Shown: piece after piece, positions 15,001 to 20,229 of the stretch
Layout: every line of letters begins with the position of its first letter
Position numbering within the stretch: position 1 is the stretch's first letter
Assembly: GCA_964607835.1 (NCBI GenBank)
Contig: CAZSLL010000007.1
Span: forward strand, 1-56,458
Origin: an uncultured archaeon
Lineage (GTDB): Archaea; Aenigmatarchaeota; Aenigmatarchaeia; QMZP01
DNA: 56,458 nucleotides
Reading direction: 5' to 3'
Translations under genes and position numbers: made by a program
Notes under the pieces: model-generated
Databases searched by the model: none
What the model was told of the DNA's origin: nothing
Seen by the model: the letters and a program-made list of their open reading frames with translations, nothing else

Positions 15001-18000
15001 GACATACCCTGCCCGGCGAACCAGGTGTGCTACAGGTACGTGAGGTACCAGTCCAACGACACGGTGGGCAACCTGGAGACCCTCACTGACAGCAGCCAGA
15101 TAAGGATTGACAGGAAGAGCCCTGACTACAACGGGGTATCCAACATAAGCGGCCAGTCCTACAATGACACCACCACCGAGTACTGGGTGACAGGGGGAGA
15201 CAACTTCTCCATAAGCATAAACCACTCTGACGTGGGCTCTGGCATGAACAGGCAGTACTTCGGATTCAACCACGATGACTGCGGACCCAATTCCTGCGGG
15301 GGCGAGCCGGACGAGATAAAGTCCTACATCACCAACGGCGCCAGCTTCAGCGACTGGTCAGGCTTTGTCAATGACAGCTACGTGAACATACTCGAGCCGG
15401 GATGCGCTGACATCGACGGGGACTGCGATGACAATGATTTCGTTTACAACTGGACCACTGCCATAAACGCCTCCTGTCCTGACTGGGACTGGAAGCTCCA
15501 CACCTACGCACGCGACGACGTGACCAACGGTAGAGGCTACAATGACACCGGTGTATGGGTGTACGTGGACAACAGTGCTCCCAACATATCTTCTGTCTCC
15601 CTGTCTGCCTACTCAGCCAAGGAGGGGGACGAGCTCACGGTCACCAGCGACGGCGAGGACCAGCGGTCAGGCATAGGCACCTGCCACGCCTACCTGAGCA
15701 CTGACGCCTCCTATGACGGAGGAGACGATGACCTCGGGGACCTGGGAACTGACTGCGACGGGACCGTGAGCATTCCCTCAAAGGCAGACGGCACGTATTA
15801 CATAATAGTGAGGCCTGTTGACAACGTGGGCCTTTCATCCGAGTCAGCCAGCTCTGCCCTGAGCCTGGACAGCTCAGCATCCCTGATTGTGTGGGAGGAG
15901 CCCACCCCTGCAGAGGGTGCCTTCAGGGACAGTAACTGGGCCTACCTCAACACCACTGTGACAGACTCCCAAGAGACCTCTGCCTTCCTTGACTGGAACA
16001 ACTCCCTTGTGGGCTACTGGTCCATGGACTTCTACAACGCCTCAGGTGTCTTCGACAACTCCACCAGTGGCAACTTCGCGAACTTTGTGGGCGGCCCCTC
16101 AACGAGCGATTTAATTACAGGAAGGTTCGGCAGTGCAATAGAATTTGACGGCGAGAATGATTATCTCAACTCAGGGGCCAACCATGACCTGGAAACCAGC
16201 CATGGCACCATAGAGTACTGGATAAGATGGGCAGATGACACACAAAGCGGATCTGCGTTCCATTTCTATGAGTCATCCAGCTCGGATTACATACGTTCGT
16301 ATTACAATGGTGATGGGCGCATTGACCTGGTCATAGAGGACGGTGACTCAGCAATGGTTAGCGTAAACTACCAGCTTGACCCTGTGAACGGGACATGGTA
16401 CCATATTGTGTGGACCCAGGACGGTAATCAGGCGAGGCTTTACATAAACGGTTCTGCCAAGAGCCTGAGCGGGACCAACAGCGGCGAATGGTGGAGCGAC
16501 CACCTATCACTGGCAAGCACGAGAATAGGCGTTGGGTGGGGCTACTTCAAGGGAGCCATCGACGAGTTCAGGGTGTACAGCAGGGCACTCTCCCCAGAGG
16601 AAATCAACGCTTCCTACAACAACAGCGCATACAGGCTCAGGCACAACTTCACAAGTCTGGACGAGGGCGAGTATGACTACACTGCGTATGTCATGGATGC
16701 TGTTGGCAACCTTAACAAGACCTCCACAAGGAACGTTACCATTGACACCATAAAGCCTGTCATAGACTGGGAGGACCCCACCCCGACAGACGGCTCCTCC
16801 AGGCAGGAGGACTGGGCTTATCTCAACACCACAGTGAATGACAACACCACGACATCTGCATTCCTGGACTGGAACCACTCCCTGGCAGGGTACTGGTCCA
16901 TGGACTTCACCAACTCCTCGGGCGTCCTGGGTAATTCGAGCTACGGCCACTTCTGCCAGTACGTGGGCGGACTGTCCGGCTCTGACCTGGACGACGGGTA
17001 TTTCGGAGATGCCCTGAATTTCGACGGAGGGAATGATTACCTGCTCTGCGAGGGCGAAGACGGCAGCCTGGATATCACCGATGCCATAACAGTGGAGGCC
17101 TGGGTGAAGCCCTCCACCACAACAGGCTACAGGAGGATAGCCTCAAAGTCATACAACGGAATAACCACAGGAGCCAGCTGCTACCAGCTCGGGCTGAACA
17201 CGGACAACGAGTGGAGATGGAGCGTGGGTGGGGTTTTCGACGTTTCGCCTGCATCGCCAAAGCCCCAGGAAGGCAGCTGGTACCACTTCGTGGGTGTGTA
17301 CGACAGCTCAGAATCAGACTTCAGGATGTACGTTAATGGAAACCAGATATCATCGAGCTCGAGTTACAGTGACCCGATACGCTCCAACACCAGCGAGCCT
17401 CTCACCATAGGCGCCAACTACTATGACGGCTCGAGGAACTACGAGTTCGCGGGCATGATTGATGAGGTGCGTGTGCACAGCCGCGCACTGACAACAGAGG
17501 AGGTGAACGCCTCCTACAACAACGGCCTCTACCGCCTGGAGCGGAACTTCACATCCCTGTCAGAGGGCGACTACGACTACCAGGCCCGGGCCATTGACCG
17601 GTCAGGGAACCTCAACACCACCACATCCAGGACCGTGACCATTGACCAGAGCGCACCCTCGATAACCATACAGAGCCCGCTCAACCAGACCTACAACGAG
17701 TACACGGTCGACCTCAACGTGACCACGAGCGAGCCCGCTTCCGCCTGCCTCTACAATCTGGGCGGCGGGGCAAACCACACCCTTGACAACGACTCCACCA
17801 CCAACTGGTTCGCTGTCATAACCACTAACTCTGACAGCATATACCACCTCAGCGTCTACTGCAACGACACCCAGTCCAACATGGGACTCAACGATACCGT
17901 GTGGTTCACCGTGTCCACCACCAAGCTCAACATCACCAGATTCTTCAGCCCGGACCCGCTCTACGCAGGGGACAATGAGACCATAAGGGTCAACACCACA

Positions 18001-19770
18001 GTGCAGGTAAACCAGACCTCCAAGGATATTGTCCAGGTCAACATCACAGACCAGATACCCTGGGACTTCACCGCGCCCGATGCAGGGGACGTGAAGGTAT
18101 ACTTCGTGGACGATTCTGCCGGGACAAAGACAGACATCACAGAAGACGCCCCGGTGAGCGTGGCCATCCAGGACCAGGCCGGGAGCCTCGCCACCCTGCT
18201 CAGGGTAAACATAACGGACGTCTCGGCCACGAGCGCGGGAGACTACCTGGAGGAGAACGACTCCATACTGCTCTACTACACCATGGTGTCCTCGAAGCTC
18301 AACGCATCAGGCAGCAGGCTCATGTACACCAACGCCACTGTGACCAACAACGATTCCCAGGGTAAGACAGACTACATTCTGTCCAACCTCACTGCATACG
18401 ACGTCCTTCTCAGGGGCTACAAGACCATATGGGCCAAGGACCTGGCTAACCCACAGAACCTGAGCATAGAGATTATGTTCAGGGCAAGGGGAGGGCCGAG
18501 CAGCGGAATCTACATTGCCGACTACCTCCCCCAGGGCTCCACTGTGAAGGACCTAAACGTCACTCTCTACAACTCCTCGAAGGGCGAGTGGGTCCAGCTT
18601 GTCAACGGCTCTGACTTCTACATAGACCTTGAACACCCGGGCGCCACGGTCCTGCCTGACGGCCTGTACGTGGATATACACCACTATAACTTCAGCTACA
18701 TGTTCGCAAACTGGGACGGCAACCTCTACGACAACGATACCCTGAGGATAGAGTACAACATAACCGTGCTGGGAGGGGGCGAGTGGGAGCTTCCCACCAT
18801 AATAGCGGGCTTCGACCCTGAGTACAAGAAGCACATCAAGACCGAGATGTACGCATCTGCCAACGTGCCATCATTCGACATACTACTTGAGATGCTTACT
18901 GACAAGGTTACCCAGGGAGGCGTGGTCAAGGCCCTCCTGAGGATACTCAACGTGGGCGGGCCAAGGGCAAAGGTGGACGTTTTCGTGACCTATTCTGCCA
19001 AGACCCTGCAGGGCGAAATAGTCACAGAGAGGTCAGAGACACTTGCGGTGGTGGAGCAGAAGGAGAAGAGCCTGGACCTGCCCATACCCAATGACATTGC
19101 GCCTGGCACCTACACCTTCGAGAGCTACGTGACCTACACGGGGAGGGAGGCCCTGTCCACGGGCACCTTCAGGGTGGAGAGCGAGGGCGATGAGGCAGGG
19201 GTCATGGAGTATGGGCTGTACGTATTCCTTGTGGTCATCATAATAGTACTTACCGTGATGTATTTCAGGGCCACCAGGCGCAAGGGCTCATGCAGGCCCT
19301 CCATGCTGGTATGGCTCCTGCTGGCCCTGCTCCTGGCCCTGCCAGCTGTCTCGGGCATTTTCACAGGACGCATCACCGGGACCATGGAGGTCATCCAGGA
19401 CGAGCTCGATCCAGGGGATGAGCTCAAGGCCCTGTTCAAGCTCAAGAACCACGACTTCCGCGGATACAGGACAGACGTTTTCGTGGAATACTCCCTCTTC
19501 GACCAGGCCGGGCGGCTGGTGAAGGCCGAATCCGGCACCTTCCCTGTCTCTGACTCCAGGGACATACTCTTCAAGACTACAATACCCGGCGAGGCCGCGC
19601 CGGGGACCTACTCCCTTTCTGCCAACATGGAATACCAGGGCAACAGAAGCAGCTATTCTGACACCTTCGTGGTCAGCGGAGAGGAGAGCCCATTCATGCT
19701 ATACCTCGTGACCCTGCCCCTCATAGGGGCGGTGTTCGGGGTTTTGATTACAAGGAGGAAAGGAGATTGA
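1..19770 (+). CDS. Giant multidomain cell-surface protein/adhesin (>6,580 aa, 5'-truncated): partial propeller blade, 8 LamG domains, DxDxDG/FG-GAP propeller, Ig-like stalk repeats, beta-solenoid, FN3-like and CBM-like domains, Cys-rich repeats, 3 C-terminal TM helices
   Basis: Frame is open from base 1 (aac tgg aat gcc ccg GTG), so the true start is upstream. LamG motifs GYWSMD...FDG...W.H...DE(V/F)R.Y.RALS recur. Eight D-x-D-x-D-G-type loops at ~1195-2280. Very dense N-x-S/T sequons. Hydrophobic helices near the C-terminus, ending in RRKGD. Confidence 0.93.
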   Translation, partial: NWNAPVQALDRNLDSGNWDDTDIFSPCVIKDDDVYRMWYSGDTSGVQRILHTKTSFIDSSGNRNPGMSWGSYLPTLEDSGTVGFLGNNTYDFDGGDYIRLREIDLTGEWTVAYWFNQDTNDRMTVGKNGETANYFRHISDGATLRINYNDDSSKDLSVGGSLNTWHHLVVTSNGSSSGPNITAYLDGELVDSATQPDPRFRIDNIGFPYTSGLQWDGGLDEIAVWNRTLSDAEVSEIYGRQDMRFTGNYTSQAFTPGYRVAWTNLTWLNTTDSSSTIEVRTRTSNKLDCSGDWTPWSEPRTNPSSLINVSANCLQYRAVFTTTNMSEDNQLELANMTFGDRPSDFDCWDEETDDETKPPPPSGYVEQNVYEDTDVHFWANFTEDLTSKIIGRTITRVDLDNYIYRVEAGDIDGDSKPELAVGRLSGGNELRVYENDGTQKWVNNTDGSVYGLAMADLDGDGSLEVVSGSTDGMVNAFDSAGDLIWPSRYDAGEDVQVLAASDVDGDNTPDVIVGTRNQTGHELRVLDGSDGTLLWSEDMNESVYDLDVGDLDGDGVDDIAVGIKDGYVYAYNGSGAKLWEYAAGGKVMSVVIGDVGSDGSNEVAIGRDVGSYEFRLLHGSSGTLDWQKDPGSRVGYEWFSEEIIAIGDVDSDGSNDVVFGSWDGYVYAYDSSGSSLWSYNADAPVFAVSMEDTDGDGGVEVAVTVDDEEKALKVVGPTGSSEWWMGFTENMFDLESHDIDSDGIKDVVTGSFDTHAYALRGATCRIWFNDTATWTYMNWSYEDNLWSHSRVFEDPNEYEWNMSCSFGNYQYQYRYSNITIMAVEDPPDPKFVDPTPENETKRKLDWIHVRVFSDKEIGTCTLNWINSSGNVNITMTKEASGVYCNKNMTGLGNEDHYFRAYVSDTSGNLNVTEDREVTIDTVTLAPRFISPTLSNTSTTPHNWLYINVSGGKAIDTCYLDWPGSGNESMFVDGSYCYLNKTGLSDSSYYFMVWANDTTFGSFNSTEDRELTVQTGLADCVGAAVGDPVATCHKCGVDYAKLTIIGPTGTGSYGPVSMGFDSQTGACTAADANKTNWTYDLGYAFCPAEGQYNGSVTFNAEGDTNVDENTGTDWPLYNIVYDDTQGWCECADYEWMTAADSGNGECCGDDGASDTFGNATDGYTCSYCDSGVSTTNTPPNIPATGSTSPDYAYPEDNVTVSSVITDPDSDDVHVLVYDTPERDTLLCTGSTVSSGQSSSCKFSAPDAGCINGTCVLYLYANESTVDYCGDTKMNESYGTAEFQYDASPEITVINPENTSYQTQLLDLNVSTKYASSACLYNLDGGSNTTLQNDSSSNWFYAMDTGGSGLFELQVYCNTTTGVWGMETLWFTVDNSPPAITLASPSNSSYRTTSIDLNASASEEVEAWWYELNNDGVNRSFTPNSSITTTLEGLNNITVWANDSAGNNGSTSLVWFTLDRFTPLIDWVDPTPTDGVYRNKSWAHLNTTVTDNTTTSAFLDWNYSLVGYWSMDHYSSSGVYDNSSNNWFGTWYGGLGTDNITEGRFGKGLDFDGSDDRVVINGDSPFPVNFSDKGLTVTAWIKTSSTGTRKSVWGGNGNSAYYNLRVDDGERAEFWLGSSPSNNLVEGTTTLQPGTWYFLVGVWDPSVPELRVYVNATEEDSGFNGNYPNNQQYARNCIGQKNNDERMHGVIDEVRIYSRALSPEEINASYDNSLYRLNANITGQADGFYNYSAYVIDSAGNMNITGTRNVTLDATKPVIQWEDPTPPDGNITGNDWVYLNTTVTDTTGTSAFFDWDSSLLGYWSMDSYNSSGVFDNSSYGDFMAFDSITSANITEGRFGNAMDFSGCSGNLTAAASASLGDNASYTLEAWFKRNDVSGREDILYASVAARQLDTSNSALQGSIRNGTTWTSITGGTITAGQWHHGAAVFDEENRNFTIYLDGELVNYIVLTGGTIASTSSYTIGGVPSLSFDGFIDEARVHSRALSHDEIRASYDNDANRLEGNITGLSDGSQSYRAFAIDRAGNLNITPSRDITIDLTNPAVTWEDPTPDPDETIKNDWAYLNTTITDHSMTSAFLDWDYSLVGYWSMDSYNSTAVLDNSTHDNELVLDGITTGSITKGKFGNAMDFSGSLGNLTTTPSNGILEDNTSYTLEAWFRRNDVSGREDIIYASLSARHLDTYDDELVSWVKNGSTWVSARGGTITAGQWHHAATSYDEDTRNLTLYMDGDLVDYLLIGDGAIASSGSDQIGGATTYSFDGLIDEVRVHRRALSHDEIRASYNNSIYRLEGNITGLGIGNHNYTAYSIDEFGNLGITGERNVSYYVDNEPPVITVYSPENATYTSGSIQLNVSADDGTDTWWYELNSNGTNVTFTPNSTIFTGFDGLNNITVWANETNGNTNSTIVWFTLDTIKPVILWEDPTPTDGHSGSENYAELNTTILDNTTTTALLDWNYSLVGYWSMDHYNSTGAYDNSSYENFATYTNGVSDSDMERGMFGKCVSLDGSSYLNAGNGSSFDITDEITVSFWMKHNSASQKQILLGKDDAYAFWFNGTDVRFAVWISSNYRESGYTSITMQEGEWYHVTGRFNGSQVQVWVDGTKESSGDFSGSIDTSVHDFRIGGDISLWEDRYFNGYIDEVAVHSRALSPQEINASYDNSQYRLMGTFSSLTEGRYEYYAYANDKGGNLNMTGMRSFSIDNNPPHAIEFVSPTPSNNTRQTGNSHEINVTVSDALADIDACLLDNGTANITMTMEGSGTDVYCHYTLSTTDGTDYNLTVWANDTGGNLNQSAQLNFRENDEPSITGVDVTPDSPSTTDDLLCTVSGWSDSEGDSQQYWFYWYRDDVQQMAFLQSGTTHTLLWGNTSSGEEWNCTVIPYDGFENGTIMDDTVTVSQGCVIDTHVTLSADLDCTGHRLNITSSGELVAGAYNVTADNATIKGNLTSTTGSLNFTDSSGVIVFSGCNVTAGSGPDFLGSLNVDSGGEYSATSDTTEIETDWNISGTFTHNSGIVELTGTENSALIGTDSLYTLLINKAATADICTPQNALSISNNLTIEEGEFNATGFTHAIGGSLTKTGGSLRLYSDSSYLNIEDHLISTGGTLTDASSSRIYVKGDVHITGSSLNIYPARLYLDGNRNSTIYSPDSQVGYALNIEKDTGYKVTAESDLNYRHLFHQNGYFDVNGHTVDGYGVYYAYSGAILMMSSGTLEVGNNGYNGGTYSPWYCGNGWSEEISGGTIQVYGSINGNGYGTAHFASGSDFTPSGGLFRLIGTDDGEIQVLESTNFGFHDLEIDRTGQWVKCSENQEMVVNNDFNITAGTFITNGNDVSTAYLNVSSGASLNVTNESTLTMTGSLILEGSFNVNNGTAKNITLNGTKFTVSGEAVRIENYLSEPADGNGIHNISKYVNLTDLGGGSFGLNVSYEDSDLGSVPEASLEMYRHSGSWGLEAGSGVDQETNTVEATGISSFGLFAPMGNNAPSITSIDDSLETLEPTDTQTITPSGQADADSDALDMYCCVDGSDSCTPTAANNNCTGGNWEDQASPYGSMDCTYPAGSSQGTEYVRCRLYDGNDYSSTVSESYTIGLAGPTSLLVSINDTYALNAELGGLALSWTDGSSQEDGYYLYRSQDNSSWSLLSTESADTQSYSDIDVSDNALYHYRVRAYKGTENSSYSNVAWNMTADRTGPEQPNLTASADNSGNQVLLDWVQEDEGLLLYAPMENVTGDGTEDWSNYSHSIIPQSDPAQQEGIFGNAAELDGNDAFNVTGDLGNSSEMTLMMWFNATDHNSGTQYLADGRAGGGSWWFISDYTGGYCGADTEGNLCFENLVMVHSDNLSSNDWYHVAVTQDGSATKIYLNGVLMETGSGSDPDIGEGMRIGSRYTDASYFDGLIDEVRVYGKVLGHSDIIDDYQSGLINHALYRAESYSGPYSFVNTSSNLLINPGFEADSTCLETDPTGWTHVSPSGDCWEVESGVVNSGSQAFGNSYGCDAYCDDEGQAGSWPDIYVYQNVSVSDPGTVYASAYIYLSGDPSTCGECGDPYHCILEDDGRIHLYAYDSDGNLLDEFKGDWGGDYRYSSGWNLFEETWIPPEGTAKIRMQVDGSDNNNNCLTDPGSEGDYDESGIGNTALYVDDAVLYTLPATNNLTDTEATDTSPPDSPSIAATAHNQTQINITWTNPQDNGKGYYYYLSSYDDEGNINDYFTDSNVVTNTDLDTGWSKGYTSDIQWNDIDPPLGINAEVVSFVDEDSSGSCYWYSYGDYAPQDNDTTYVVSLWVRTNSSSDVEVRFYTADNSEADRTTGEYRYVNASEGWKLLVWDAFTTADPTDSDSLSFNFREMGTSRLWLSAPQMEPAEYPTFIENDTVTTGFKQLRIQTNSSGSWSDIDTDSSSPFVHGGLDPHTEYCYRAYSADNADNENPTVSAYTCAETENSVPYMTGITSTKDPVQGGSQQEINATSPEDGDSDALTFYCCLDDSDTCTPTEANQNCTSGAYSSVASPYTDMGCFFDVPQYDGTHYVRCRLWDGYDYSPEANTTSFVIDSAPPYSIEFVSPTPSNNTRQTGNSHEINVTVSDALADIDACLLDNGTANITMTMEGSGTDVYCHYTLSTTDGTDYNLTVWANDSVGNLNQSAQLNFRENDEPSITGVDVTPDSATTDDDLLCTVSGWSDADGDSEQYWFYWYKDDVQQMAFLQSGTTHTLLSGNTSSGEEWNCTVIPYDGHENGTSHDDTVTIGNSPPSLDQTELYPAAPDTADSLELNATCSDNDAGDSLTVYWYIWKNDTMVSALTGSSGVANGDEELVYTILSSNTSNNEEWWAEVWCDDGTTNTSHSNTTKRYIANTPPYMQSISESDDPIKGGDTQTITPSGQTDVDEDALDLVCCQDGDDSCTPTTGSNICTGGSWEDQASPYGSMDCTFTVNSVDDATYYARCRLWDGYSYSTQVNSTSFVVDSTAPTTTDNSSSTWADSATIRLTCNDGAGVGCDTVAYCIDTDGGGADCSVDTYTDISGGIVDIDIPCPANQVCYRYVRYQSNDTVGNLETLTDSSQIRIDRKSPDYNGVSNISGQSYNDTTTEYWVTGGDNFSISINHSDVGSGMNRQYFGFNHDDCGPNSCGGEPDEIKSYITNGASFSDWSGFVNDSYVNILEPGCADIDGDCDDNDFVYNWTTAINASCPDWDWKLHTYARDDVTNGRGYNDTGVWVYVDNSAPNISSVSLSAYSAKEGDELTVTSDGEDQRSGIGTCHAYLSTDASYDGGDDDLGDLGTDCDGTVSIPSKADGTYYIIVRPVDNVGLSSESASSALSLDSSASLIVWEEPTPAEGAFRDSNWAYLNTTVTDSQETSAFLDWNNSLVGYWSMDFYNASGVFDNSTSGNFANFVGGPSTSDLITGRFGSAIEFDGENDYLNSGANHDLETSHGTIEYWIRWADDTQSGSAFHFYESSSSDYIRSYYNGDGRIDLVIEDGDSAMVSVNYQLDPVNGTWYHIVWTQDGNQARLYINGSAKSLSGTNSGEWWSDHLSLASTRIGVGWGYFKGAIDEFRVYSRALSPEEINASYNNSAYRLRHNFTSLDEGEYDYTAYVMDAVGNLNKTSTRNVTIDTIKPVIDWEDPTPTDGSSRQEDWAYLNTTVNDNTTTSAFLDWNHSLAGYWSMDFTNSSGVLGNSSYGHFCQYVGGLSGSDLDDGYFGDALNFDGGNDYLLCEGEDGSLDITDAITVEAWVKPSTTTGYRRIASKSYNGITTGASCYQLGLNTDNEWRWSVGGVFDVSPASPKPQEGSWYHFVGVYDSSESDFRMYVNGNQISSSSSYSDPIRSNTSEPLTIGANYYDGSRNYEFAGMIDEVRVHSRALTTEEVNASYNNGLYRLERNFTSLSEGDYDYQARAIDRSGNLNTTTSRTVTIDQSAPSITIQSPLNQTYNEYTVDLNVTTSEPASACLYNLGGGANHTLDNDSTTNWFAVITTNSDSIYHLSVYCNDTQSNMGLNDTVWFTVSTTKLNITRFFSPDPLYAGDNETIRVNTTVQVNQTSKDIVQVNITDQIPWDFTAPDAGDVKVYFVDDSAGTKTDITEDAPVSVAIQDQAGSLATLLRVNITDVSATSAGDYLEENDSILLYYTMVSSKLNASGSRLMYTNATVTNNDSQGKTDYILSNLTAYDVLLRGYKTIWAKDLANPQNLSIEIMFRARGGPSSGIYIADYLPQGSTVKDLNVTLYNSSKGEWVQLVNGSDFYIDLEHPGATVLPDGLYVDIHHYNFSYMFANWDGNLYDNDTLRIEYNITVLGGGEWELPTIIAGFDPEYKKHIKTEMYASANVPSFDILLEMLTDKVTQGGVVKALLRILNVGGPRAKVDVFVTYSAKTLQGEIVTERSETLAVVEQKEKSLDLPIPNDIAPGTYTFESYVTYTGREALSTGTFRVESEGDEAGVMEYGLYVFLVVIIIVLTVMYFRATRRKGSCRPSMLVWLLLALLLALPAVSGIFTGRITGTMEVIQDELDPGDELKALFKLKNHDFRGYRTDVFVEYSLFDQAGRLVKAESGTFPVSDSRDILFKTTIPGEAAPGTYSLSANMEYQGNRSSYSDTFVVSGEESPFMLYLVTLPLIGAVFGVLITRRKGD
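8101..8655 (+). repeat. Intragenic direct repeat, copy 1 (first 228 bp identical to 13603-13830)
   Basis: Base-by-base comparison: 8101-8328 equals 13603-13830, and near-identity continues for ~330 bp more. Offset 5502 bp, in frame. Confidence 0.95.
10399..14811 (+). repeat. Three Cys-rich Ig-like repeats (CC.D..D.CTPT....CT.G....ASPY..M.C...RCRL.DG..YS) at ~10399, ~13252 and ~14479
   Basis: Conserved Cys spacing in three places in the translation. Confidence 0.85.
13603..14157 (+). repeat. Intragenic direct repeat, copy 2
   Basis: Same comparison as copy 1; both encode EFVSPTPSNNTRQTGNSHEINVTVSD...EEWNCTVIPYDG. Confidence 0.95.
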
Positions 19771-19771
19771 A

Positions 19772-19975
19772 ATGGTGTATGCCAAGTACATAACCCGGAA
19801 GGGCAAGGACGGCAAGCCAGTGAAGTACGGGCCCTATTACTACAAGAGCGTTCGCACAGAAGACGGAAGGGTCCGGAACATATACCTGGGTACCAAACCT
19901 GTCCGGGACAAACCCAAACCAAGCGGAAAGATGAACCTGAGGCAGATAAAGGACGTGCTCGCGAGCGTGTTCTGA
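19772..19975 (+). CDS. Small basic protein (67 aa) with GPYYY.SVR...G.V...YLG motif; putative nucleic-acid-binding beta-sheet protein
   Basis: Starts 1 nt after the giant gene stop, with GGAG upstream. Lys/Arg/Tyr-rich. Function is inferred from the motif only. Confidence 0.8.
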   Translation: MVYAKYITRKGKDGKPVKYGPYYYKSVRTEDGRVRNIYLGTKPVRDKPKPSGKMNLRQIKDVLASVF

Positions 19976-20218
19976 TATATAGCAGAGCAAGCAGATTGAG
20001 TATCGCGGGCGCGTCCCACAGCTTCAGTCCAGGGTATCCCGGGCACGGAGACAGCCGAGCCCTTCCAGCATGAGCAGAGGAGGCCCTGGCCAGGAAGGCG
20101 ATTTCCGCCACACTTAGAAAAAGGTCTTGGCAGCATTGCATTGTAACAAAAAGCAATTGCCCGGAGAACAATAAGAAAAATTAAAAACTGTTTCTTGTAG
20201 TAAGCACTACTTTAAATG

Positions 20219-20225
20219 AAAAAAA
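20219..20225 (-). terminator. Oligo-T tract just after the stop of the 490-aa gene
   Basis: T7 on the - strand, 4 nt after TGA at 20230, followed by a small hairpin (GTAGT-GCTT-ACTAC). Oligo-T termination is established for archaea. Confidence 0.5.
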
Positions 20226-20229
20226 GCGT

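Larger units (their letters stand above)
4390..17645 (+). repeat. Six copies of an Ig-like/LamG module (DPTP...LNTT...LDWN.SL.GYWSMD-[LamG]-EINASY...YRL), at ~4390, 5275, 6127, 7240, 15890 and 16768
   Basis: Protein repeats are readable in the translation. A 48-bp identical DNA stretch occurs at 4489-4536 and 7336-7383. Confidence 0.9.

Noticed and set aside
20030-20075. 5S rRNA (ATCCCGGGCACGGAG resembles ATCCCGAACACGGAAG)
   Set aside because: The flanking helices of 5S cannot be formed and the other conserved 5S segments are missing.
19653-20171. 172-aa, 98-aa and 80-aa minus-strand ORFs over the giant gene end and gap
   Set aside because: They overlap better-supported + strand genes and have no protein-like motifs.
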